The position numbers were made by a program, and so were the translations under genes. A stretch of 62,650 nt of DNA, counting the filler, from Hausera hauseri (lineage: Eukaryota): assembly GCA_046269625.1 (NCBI GenBank). It is 10 parts of 10 records of this genome, joined end to end, with 100 filler letters (N's around TTAATTAATTAA, not from the genome) between each part and the next. Parts side by side here need not be neighbours in the genome. Positions count along the whole stretch, not along the records: positions 52,071 to 56,384 come from JBJURY010640552.1; positions 56,485 to 62,650 come from JBJURY010131428.1; 8 more parts are not named here. One strand, 5' to 3'. Below are positions 52,740 through 62,650 of this stretch, piece after piece; within the stretch, counting starts at the first letter, position 1; the number at the start of each line of letters is the position of its first letter. The notes under the pieces were generated by a model. That model saw only the letters and a program-made list of their open reading frames with translations. It was not told where the DNA came from and made no database searches.

Positions 52740-53235
52740 CAACAAATGCGTTTAAAGCGTAACGTCGTAAGAGATCGTAATTATTTTGTTTGGTAACGCC
52801 GAATGTTTGCGGTTGAGTGAGAGAGGTTCTGAGAAAATCTGATGGTTTTTGTTACCCATAGCGTTATTATAAAGATGGGTGTACGGGTCGCATTGTTGAA
52901 AGATGTCTAAAATATCGTGAAGAGAAGTCTTTACTGAGTTTGATAAGAGGCGAAGTAAGCTATGAGCTTTGGCTGAGGGATCAGTAATGTTGTTTGACTA
53001 CAGCCAAAGTTTGTGAAAGTTAAGACAGGTTTTGCTGGACTTTTCATGGTCAATAAAGTATTTTGTGCACAGAGAAGTGTGTTTGGACGGCAGGGTGGAA
53101 GATGTATAAGTGGCGAAAGTAGATAGCGTGGTGGACATCGTTGATTTTTGGTGAAAAGTGAAAGGTGATGGTTTATAGTTAGTTTTGTCACTAGTGTCAA
53201 TGGTGGGTGAAGAATCCATGCCACGGGCAGTCGGT
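52740..53235 (-). mobile_element. Gypsy family A copy 3, gag N-terminal fragment preceded by RLP(G)G
   Basis: MDSSPTIDT..CTKYFIDHEKSSKTCLNFHKLWL and KPSDFL match the gag of copies 1 and 2. Confidence 0.75.
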
Positions 53236-53845
53236 CACGCTGTGATGTAACCGAAACAACATCTTTGTTACGCGTACTGTGAAGAATCTCTTCCAACAAA
53301 TCTGCATAATCTCTAATATTTGAATCACTTTTAGGGGTCGGAACAATATCAAATATTGTAACAAATATACTTATTCCCATAAAGTGAGAAATTACCTTAA
53401 GGCCTGCTGTCTTTATTTCATTTTCTCTTAAATCAAATGTGAGGCACTGTAATGTTTCAGCAAGGTAGTCAGCAATTGCTGTGCCGCCTTTGAATGTTGG
53501 TTTGCAACATGGCAGACACGGCCTTAGTAATGAACGATTAGTCACAAAACCTGCACGAAGTGAATGGATAGTATCGCTAGAAATCAGGTGGTTGTCGATA
53601 TTGAGGAACGGTAAACGTTGTGCAACCTGTACTATATTGGCCAACGCTAGAATTCCATTGCAATGTATGAAGTTGCATCGGGTGCTGAGACTAGCCAAAC
53701 CGTTTCCTGGCCTTTCATTTTCGGTTCCATCGTGTGGATTTATGGGCTGATCACAAATACCATCGGCGGTGTGGCCTGACCCGACGTTCCATAGGGAAAT
53801 ATGTTTGACATTCAACAACTCCAAATGACGAATGACATTGAGCAA
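53236..53845 (-). pseudogene. RI-like leucine-rich-repeat ORF running into the family A gag junction
   Basis: LPFLNIDNHLIS, GGTAIADYLAETLQCLTFDLRENEIKTAGLKVIS. Confidence 0.5.
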
Positions 53846-54372
53846 AGAACCAAATCGGATACCGGTGGACTAAAACATACGAAGAAGTGTCAAATATAAA
53901 TCGCACAAATAAAGATTCAATATCAGGGCTGATGAAAGTATTATTGGGTTATATGAACAAAAATCGTAAGTCTCTAAGTAAATGGGTATTAAATGACAAC
54001 CTCAAAGTAGGGCAATATTTAAAAAGGGTGATGTTGCATCAAGAGCAGACATGTTATAAACAAAAACATAAGAGGAAAACAAGAAATAGGAATCGTTAAT
54101 AAAACATTAAAAAATGTGTGCCAGACGAATAGTACACAATGATAAATCTTACTCCATCGTGCACTAGTTTCTCCGCGGTTGGCAGTATCGTTTTGCACTG
54201 TGGGAACAGCAAATCGACTTTCTTACGTCGTGTCGTTCGACGAGCGACCTGCGTACTCAACGGCTCTGAACAAACCCACCACTTCGTTATATATGGTCTG
54301 GTTTTCATCGAATCTTTTCTGCTTGGCACCTTTTGACAGACGTCTGTAATCGATATTTTCACTCGCTCCACT

Positions 54373-56260
54373 CTACAGTCTAGTATGGATAACCTCACCA
54401 GTCGACAGCAGCTGTTGTTGCTGTTGCAGCTGCTGTTTCATCTGCGATGATGCCAGAAGCCCTTTATTACAGACTTTGATGGCGATGAAATGATTCGACG
54501 ATTCAGCATGGTGACTGAGTCGATTCTTAAACGATGGGCACCGATCAGATGGATCAAAGTCCATATAGCCCTTTGTAAAAGGAGTCTCCAGTAACATTTT
54601 CGAACCGATTTTTCCGCCTTCCACACAAATTGCGCAGGTATAATGAGTCTTATATTTGCAGTGAAACCACGGATACAACTGCGTAATGGCCGAGCGAATC
54701 TTCAGTGGCATGAAAACCGGTATGACAAAAACATCCAGCGGATACAGCTCCTCAGTACTTTCGATCTTCGTATCCCCATCAGATAATTGCCTACTGGTAG
54801 TCCTTAGGTTCTGCCTACAAGCCGGTTTGGCGAAAGCCATAAGCAACTCCACTCCACTCGAATGATTTTTAGTACTCTCATGACGTGCCATTCGTCCTCG
54901 TGCCCGATCATGCGGCACTGTTCGCCAATTTGTGTCATCCGCCAATTCTGGACATGCCCAAAAAGTGGCATGTAGTTTATAACTGAATCGGACGAACGCT
55001 TCTTCACAATAGAAACAATGGTAAACTCCATTTTTGAAATACAGCCACGGAAATGTTTCTTTGAATTCACTCCATTCGGATTCCGATACGAAATTTGGCT
55101 GAATCTGACGATTCGGAGTCTTCATGTCGAATTTCCCCAATTACATCAATACCACCGACTGTGCACGACGAGAATTGCAATTCATGGTCATCGGTTTCGT
55201 CATATAAATTGATTATTATCAGCTGTGTTTCATTCAATTTGGAAACTTTCGATGGTTGACCACGTTTCATATTAATGGTTACTGCAGATGTCTTCTGGAG
55301 TTTATGTGTATCACTAACCGTCTTTGACCTTTCTCGGCTCTCCTCGGTTGCATTTGACAATGATTCCCGATATTTCCATGATGGCCGACCGCGACGTTTC
55401 GCTCATTACTACTGGTCGGTCTTCATCTACATCTCTGTATTCCGTTAACTCCTCAATTTCTTTACCATCAACTGACGTGTCATTAAGATTAACAATTTCA
55501 AGGTTGCCGTGAAATACGTTTTGCGTTCTTTGTCGTTTATCCTTGCCGTCATTTCCACCGGACAATAGTCGATTCGGTGTTAAATTAGCAGGCAATTCGT
55601 CGTTGGTCTGTGATAACAAATACGGCGTATCGACTTCTTCTTTTGATTCTATAAGTTCAATAATCGACTCAATGGTGATATCATATTCTTTGGCTAAAAA
55701 TGCCGAACTGCGAGTTGTAACATTCGGTTTAGAAAATACTGGTTTACGTGGACTTTTAACCAACTGGAGTGTTGATGGTAAATCCGATTGTTCCATTACA
55801 ACGACTGGTTCAATTCTATTGTTAAGATGGCTACTGGCAGTAATGTGATTGTTAGAATTTTGATGTTCAGTAAAAAATGATTCGGTTAACGGGTCGTCGA
55901 AAGACAGAGCGGTTTCTGTAATGGGTGATGATCAATATTTTAGGATAATCCGATCACTGTTCATTTCATACGCAATTTCACAAGAGACAACGATAACTGT
56001 CTTGTTCACCACATAGCCACGAGTATTTCTTCAACATTTCTATACGTAATTCATCACTTCTAGTTTCATTTTCCTCGACACAACTATGTAAAATATTATC
56101 CCTTTTATCGTTACCTATTAAATCGTCACCAATGGAGCTTAATTTTCTCTTTTTACCCATACCTACTCGCAATTTTTCTAATCGCTCGTCAGCGTCATTT
56201 AAATTTTGAATTGTCAACTTTCTCGAAACGAAGAAACGAATGTTTTTTCGAAATCACGAA
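54373..56260 (-). pseudogene. Gene with three TTF-type (hAT-related) zinc fingers; split by frameshifts or short introns
   Basis: KYSWL..YRCLL(C)..H..SNNH; FPWLYF..YHCFYC..RHESTKNH; YPWF..CAIC..FTKG..HHAESSNH. Confidence 0.65.
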
Positions 56261-56484
56261 AATCCGGCTGGTTTGTTGATTAAATAAAATTCTTTCGTTT
56301 CAGCAACGATGTTATTGAATAGAATAGTACATGAATCATGGTACAATTCAACTTTTTTATTTAATTGACAGAAGAGACGAGTTTNNNNNNNNNNNNNNNN
56401 NNNNNNNNNNNNNNNNNNNNNNNNNNNNTTAATTAATTAANNNNNNNNNNNNNNNNNNNNNNNNNNNNNNNNNNNNNNNNNNNN

Positions 56485-59030
56485 GGATAGATCCAATATG
56501 GACATGCCCACATATATAGGCTTGTTGAACTCAAGTGATGTCTTGAGCATATGGATGCTCAGAAGGTTCCCCGTGTAGATTGTGCTGCTGTGGAAGTTGG
56601 GCTTAGCGATGAGTTTCTTTGCCCTCTTCCAGTCACATACCAGCTAGATGTTTATTCGGTTCCGTATGTTCTCTATAGTTTTGCCAAATACCGAGTTGAT
56701 ATACACCTTGGATTGGTCCTTTTGAAACTCGTTCTTGACATTGGCCCTCAATTGGGTATTGAGGTCTATGTATGGATTCAACCATTTGAACTGGCTGAAC
56801 TTCAGGGCCCGAAGAATTCTGGTAACTCGGGGTCCACTTTGGATGGCCTGCTGGAGATTTGTGTAGTGGGCTACATACTTTTCTCTGTTTTCAAGGTGAC
56901 AGAGCAGCTTCTTATGCTTATCATTTGGCGGCCTCTTTCTCTCTGAAAAAAAGGTAGCTGCTCATGCCTTGTGTGGATGCTATGTGCGTGTTCCACGACC
57001 ACATCCAGTATGTAGCCTGTATCTCTATTGGTATCCATACCTTCAATATCCAGGACTTGCGGTTGCTGCACCCACTGAAAGTTATCATAGGGCAATGGAT
57101 TTCTAATTGCCAATCCATACAGATTGTTGGCATCCAGGTATGATATATATATGTATATATGAGGATTCCTTGGACGGATCATAATCTGCCGGATCATAAT
57201 TGGCCTCACTGTACCTCTAAATGACCTGGAAAATTCCGCCCCTGATGCCTCTCCCAACCATGAGGACAATATTGTATTCCTTCAAGATCTGCAGCCTTAT
57301 GCCCGTATCGCATAGCATAGCTGCCCAACTCATTCCTGGAGCTGTATAGAAATGGGATGGATCTAACTTGCGGCTATTAAGGGTCACATCCCGGAAGCTT
57401 TCGAAGACATCAGTAAGCAACAGCACATCTGTGAGGAGATAGATATCACTGTATTCCCTATTTTCCTGCACTGGAAGGTCTGCCATACTCTTTGGATGTG
57501 CTCATAGTCAGCATCGCTATATGTCTGTATGACAACTGACTATAAAAATCCTCCTCGGCCGGTAATGCATCTTCATTTAGTGTTTTTCATTACGTTATAT
57601 AGTATTACGGGAACACTTCCTTCCTTTTAACCAGGTTGAATGTATCAGGGACGAACCTCTTCGTCTCCTTGAGTTCTTCTGTAGGGAGATTTGTCACGAG
57701 GCAGACCAGTGATGAGCTCATGAAGCGGAAGCTCTATTAATTGAAGTCTAATGGGGCCAACATGCTTCGTGAACGTGATATACTTCTCCTCACTATTAGC
57801 GATCACATCACTGTTTCCCTCAATATTACCCCATTCTCGAATAATGAAGTAGGAATCGTATCCACTATGATTGTGGAATACCACGGGAACATATGTACAT
57901 GTCTTGTAGCGTAAGTTGCAATTGTTGCACGCTGCGCCTCGATATGTACCTGTAAAATGGTGATGATCCCTGACTTTGTGATTTTCCAGTGTGAATGGCT
58001 TTCTGCATAAGTAGCACGTTGATGCTTTGCGCTATACATCTTCTTGCTGCTTCGACAAGCTCATGTTATCCTTATTCTGCTAAAGCATGTTTTCAAGCCT
58101 ATGAGCCATGTCTTCAATTCGTTTCATAAAATATGCTGCTGCATTTAGACCCCTGTATAGGCAGGGTTCTTTGTCCAGTCTTCTTGCATACATGCAGTAT
58201 GATGATAACACATGGTACTGGTATGCTGTAGTACTGCTTTGCTGTAAATTAGGACTGCAGCTGTGAAATCGGCTGAGGATGGCCTCAAAGTCACAATGTG
58301 ACAATTGGTACCTTCTAAATCTTCTCAAACTCCTTGAATTCCAGGTAATCCTCCTTGGGGAATTCTGCTCGGATGCATTAGTTTGTATTGCAGTAGGTCT
58401 TTTTCTCCTCCAGCTTTTCTGCGCCTGTCCCCATTAAAATTGGTAAAGCATCTTTTGCATATTTCCAGCCTTGATTTGTGCTTGAATATTTGGGATCCTA
58501 CGAGGCGCTCAAAATTCTTCATCCAGATGAAATACCTCCTTTCGCCATAACTTACCAGAAGCAGATCCCTATGATCCTCCAATTCCTCCTTGCACGCATG
58601 TAAGGGATAAAATTTGTCCTCCTTCAAACAGATGATGTTGATGTAGATGTTGTTCACGCTTTCAAATTTCACGACTTCATATGGGCTCGGAGGGAATGAA
58701 ATACAGCTAAAGTCGTATGTGTGCTGCATTTTGTCATATATGCAAACTCGGGAAGCATTATGTTGATCATGGATTAGTTTTGACAAAATAGAATACATGA
58801 AGCACATGCTCTCCTCATTATTGACATTGATGCGTGCTTTTTCTTAACTGTCCATTGAGAAAGCCGTATGTAGGAGCTGCCTCTCATGGGAGAATACTTG
58901 TGCACATGCATAAATAACCCCTTTATTGTTGCGAAAGTCCAACCGCTCTTCTTGTCCTGGCTTTCTTCGGCTTCGCGGATGAGCCTTGCATAGTCCTCTG
59001 TAATGAAATCCTTAATGTTAGAGGATTTCA
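56485..59030 (-). mobile_element. polB: Polinton PolB, close relative of 49044-51970, fragmented
   Basis: SGWTF..YSPMRGSSYI, CFMYSILSKL, FHNHSGYD, YLLTDVLLLTDVFESFR, YLDANNLYG. Clear nucleotide similarity to the contig 8 copy. Confidence 0.92.
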
Positions 59031-59260
59031 TTAGTAGTTGTTGTATAACTTCTTTTTCGGCATCTGTATGCGTTTCGATTTTTTCTGTAATATAGTCATT
59101 ATGATATTTTAGATCTATTTGATCAAATAAACCATTGGCGATTAGATTATTGATCAGAGATTTCCACTGTAAGTTCCACGTTTCATTTGTACAGGTTTTA
59201 ATTAGACTTTCATGAATGTTGACAATAGCGTCCATGATTGATTCTGCAGTCTTTGAGAAC

Positions 59261-61204
59261 TCAATTCAGCCCGTATATCTGTGGTAATTTGGTGAGACAT
59301 TGCTTAATTCCTTGTTCATTGAAACGACTGATTGAATTTTGAATTACGAAAAGATCTATTATCCCGTGTAAAATGTCCAGTGATATTCGTAATGATTGTA
59401 ATATTGCGACCGTATTGACACTAATGACAGTGTATCCGAACAAATATTTAACGATTTCGGCTCGGACTATTTCCTCATCTGTTGATTGACTTATGATGGG
59501 TAAACTGAGCCCATGATAGTGCTCGTTTGAATTATCAATCTTCGTTCTTGGATTAATAAATTCGCGATAAGTTATCAGTCCATTTGAATCTGCAGTTATG
59601 ACTTCGACAGGTAGTGGTTGTCCTCTTGTTGAGTAGGATAAAGACGTGCTCAAATATCGGTAATTGTTGGTTCTGGTTAACTGAAAATTCTGTTGTATTT
59701 CTTTGGGCGGTTTTTGAGCAAACATTGGTGGATTCAGACCAAAATAATCGTCCATAGCTTGACATATTTCCATGGCTAACACAACTGGGGTAATTAATGG
59801 TCGGAAATAAATTGGAGTTTGGAATGCTCCTGCTTTGATTTCTAATGTAGTTCTTGAGGTCAGATTAGCTTTCTTAGGATCTACACCACTATAGGTTTCT
59901 TGTTCAGATCGAAGTTGGATTTTGCCTTGAGCTATATGTAAAAATACATATTTGAATGGTAATTTTAACCCAAAGATGGTACTTATGTTAACATCATATA
60001 ATGGTTTGTCTATACGGATAATTTGGAACGTACGATCATTCGTCGTCATTGTTTTTAGATTGTTTGGTAGAAATTTTGCCTCAGGGAAGAATACATCATC
60101 TGTAGATTTGACAGTTTCTAATATTGTGTTGTAGAATTTTGGTGGAAAGATATTTTTTGGATCCTGGTGATACTTGACGAATTTCTGAGATAATTCTGTC
60201 CATGTCCTGTTTAGTATCTCATCTTGTTTGCATTCTTCCATATTTCGGATTATCGTTTCTCGCAACTTGAGATATTTCTTTGGTGGGAGATCTTCGATTT
60301 GTACTCCTTTTCGTCTTATCTCTATTGTTGACTTTATTCTTGGAACATTTGTGGAAACTGGTTTTGAGGTAGGTATCGATAGTATACCTCTTGTCATTGG
60401 TAGTTGGGTCGGATTATTGAAGGAAAACTCTGGTGATATCGATTGCGATGGTAGCACAACCCTTCTTTTAGGATTTGCTATAACTGATACGATTGATTGA
60501 TCTGAGTCTGATGAAACATCGAGGTCAACGTCTGTTTCCATGCTTATTGAAAGACCATCCCTTTTTTTAGAGATGTTATCTGCAGATGTTATTGATCGTA
60601 GGTTATCCATATTTGGTTTTGAAAAAGCTGTTGAAATAAAATAAAGTTTTTTTATAATGTCTGTAATAGAGTAGGTGGTTACTCTACAGGTTTTTTGTTG
60701 ATTGTATTCTATTGGTCTTTTAGACCTTGTGTAAAATATTGTGCTTTGGTTGGCACATTTGTTTGTTGGCATGTAGAATTTACTTATTTTATGTGTGTGT
60801 ATAAGTTTAGATTTATGTATAGTATTAGATTTTTTAATTTCCGAAACGTCAACTGCCCACTCCACACCGAAATCTGATCCAGTAATTGCTAAGCATATTA
60901 AGCTAGTTGTTAAAAGTAGAGTCTTGTTCATAATAGCTCGTTTCTTAGAAACTCTTTTTAGTTCCATTATTATAAAGGGTGTAGATATGGACAGTAAGAG
61001 AATTATTATTATTATAAAGGGTACCATGATTTTTAAAATATTGGTTTGAGTGCTAGGACTAGTCACAAACTGTATTGGGGTATAAATTGGATATTCTTCA
61101 TGCTCTAGGTATCTTTTAGTTTTTGTTAACGTCCTTACCGTTCGATGTCTTGTTACTGCATGGTTTTGGGTGAAAACTATTAGGTATTCTTTGTCAGGCT
61201 GAAG
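59261..61204 (-). CDS. Large hypothetical protein: FN3-like motif, TM segment, low-complexity linker, C-terminal degenerate DEDDh-like domain
   Basis: The 601-aa ORF extends in frame upstream to LQPDKEYLIVF. TM IMVPFIIIIILLLSI. C-terminus EVITADSNGLITYREFINPRTKI..YHGL. Confidence 0.5.
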   Translation of the reverse strand, partial: LQPDKEYLIVFTQNHAVTRHRTVRTLTKTKRYLEHEEYPIYTPIQFVTSPSTQTNILKIMVPFIIIIILLLSISTPFIIMELKRVSKKRAIMNKTLLLTTSLICLAITGSDFGVEWAVDVSEIKKSNTIHKSKLIHTHKISKFYMPTNKCANQSTIFYTRSKRPIEYNQQKTCRVTTYSITDIIKKLYFISTAFSKPNMDNLRSITSADNISKKRDGLSISMETDVDLDVSSDSDQSIVSVIANPKRRVVLPSQSISPEFSFNNPTQLPMTRGILSIPTSKPVSTNVPRIKSTIEIRRKGVQIEDLPPKKYLKLRETIIRNMEECKQDEILNRTWTELSQKFVKYHQDPKNIFPPKFYNTILETVKSTDDVFFPEAKFLPNNLKTMTTNDRTFQIIRIDKPLYDVNISTIFGLKLPFKYVFLHIAQGKIQLRSEQETYSGVDPKKANLTSRTTLEIKAGAFQTPIYFRPLITPVVLAMEICQAMDDYFGLNPPMFAQKPPKEIQQNFQLTRTNNYRYLSTSLSYSTRGQPLPVEVITADSNGLITYREFINPRTKIDNSNEHYHGLSLPIISQSTDEEIVRAEIVKYLFGYTVISVNTVAILQSLRISLDILHGIIDLFVIQNSISRFNEQGIKQCLTKLPQIYGLN

Positions 61205-61857
61205 TCAGACCTTCAGATTTAACCAGTGAGCAACTTGGAAATGATCACATTTATAGAATATTCTATTTAATGCATTGCTTTATGATTGAGCCCTGGGTCA
61301 CTTGTGCAATCATGAAATCGCAAGAGCTCTGTTTCAGACGTTGAGCACCGAGTCTGCATGATTATGTAAAAATGGGGTTCGCTTGACACATCACCTAGAA
61401 GGGTTCAGCCCTAATTTTCCACGATTGTGGAGCACCTTTGTTCACATTTTAACATTTGACATTTATTTCTGACAGGTGAAAAAGAAGAACCAGAAAAGGA
61501 AACCCCACTAACCGAATCCTGTACGTAAACAGTGTCAGCAAACTTTAAAAGTAAAATAAAAAATACAATTTTCTACATTTTACTGCACTACTGGTTCTAT
61601 ATAACCTGGGGCTAAAATGTGTTTTTATATAAAGAGAACAACAAAGAAGTCCATCAACACTTGGGTCCTCCTCATGAGCGACTCTGTCTGCACGTGCTCA
61701 AAACGCAGAAGCTTGTCCCTGAACATGTGGAGACCAGGACACTTTACAGCACCTATCAGCCAAATATATCCCAGGTTGGACGTCACACTCAACTGTCTTC
61801 ATATCCACTCAAGTACTCTGCTCTTATTTTGTGTAAAACTTGAAATATTTGTTTTAG

Positions 61858-61947
<90 letters not shown>

Positions 61948-62650
61948 TAAACCTTCATCTCCCTCCATCTGAGATAGTAAAATGTTTCTGAGCCAAAACA
62001 CTGCATTATAGTTTCTGATTCGTATAAAGGATATTTTAATCTTGAGGAATATGATCTTTACGTTTTATCATTTTCAAGCTCTCGTACCCTTTTTTTTTGG
62101 GCCTCAAAAAACTGTTAATTAACCCCCTTTCTACTTTTAAACTCATCTATGCCACTTACACTTTTCTCAATGTCTGTAGCCTACCCATGTTTTTAACATA
62201 TGTCGTCTGGGGCTTTTTATCATCTCTTTTCTACCCAACATATGATAGGCACCTGGTAATACTGAAGTTTAAAGCACCAACATAAAAAGTGATAAAGTGG
62301 AGCTGGTGACAGCCGTAAACGAGAACGTAGTAAATTAAGATAAAGAATTAGAGACAAATGTCCATACGTCCAATGCTACAATTGGAAGTGAAGAATGGGA
62401 AAGGTGCCAAAAGGTGGGTAGAGGTCTGATTACAGGCCAATAACCCTGCTACTGTGGTAAAGCGTCGTCTATGAGTCGCTGCCTGCACGCATATCACATG
62501 TGGACACCATTATATGTCAATTAATTGTAAGGAAACTGCAGTAAGAATATGCGTGGTAGTTGTTCTACCTCCTCATCACCGAGTGTCAGCTCTTCTGGAT
62601 GAGCCCCGAGAAGTGCAGTTGCAATCCTAAGAAGGGTTATGGATGAGTGT

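Noticed and set aside
6890-55990. Alternative genetic code (TGA=Trp), suggested by TGA at Trp positions in RT, IN, homeobox, ANK and zinc-finger sequences
   Set aside because: TAG also replaces Trp, TGA also replaces Cys and other residues, TGG is used normally, and frameshifts co-occur. Ordinary decay explains the pattern.
62400-62460. DYRPITLL motif resembling non-LTR reverse transcriptase
   Set aside because: A single short motif among stops, with no further RT motifs recognised.

Overview
This window is not one locus. It is ten unrelated contigs joined by nine 100-nt artificial spacers (N-run + TTAATTAATTAA + N-run). The DNA is AT-rich, eukaryotic and probably invertebrate metazoan (an NK-class homeobox exon with a canonical intron position is present), and it is dominated by decayed mobile elements. 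(1) Two diverged copies of a Ty3/Gypsy element in which Gag (CCHC knuckle), a ~1,200-aa unknown region, a chuvirus-like class III fusion glycoprotein and PR-RT-RH-IN appear to form one ancestral reading frame, with env before pol. (2) Three copies of a CsRn1-like Gypsy family whose Gag is preceded by an R-[LI]-[RP]-G-G motif, with a full ubiquitin-like domain in two copies and LRR-type sequence upstream in two. (3) A polypurine tract plus 301-bp TG..CA LTR directly downstream of intronless genes for a TM-ankyrin receptor-like protein and a catalytically degenerate exonuclease-RING protein, suggesting a cargo-bearing LTR element. (4) Polinton/Maverick pieces: three protein-primed PolB genes, major capsid protein, adenain-like protease, core protein and a ~1.4-kb AGTAGT-ended terminal repeat seen twice. 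(5) hAT-type remnants, a hAT MITE with an 8-bp TSD, a TTF zinc-finger gene and a few host-like genes. All assignments come from motif recognition by eye; no searches were run.
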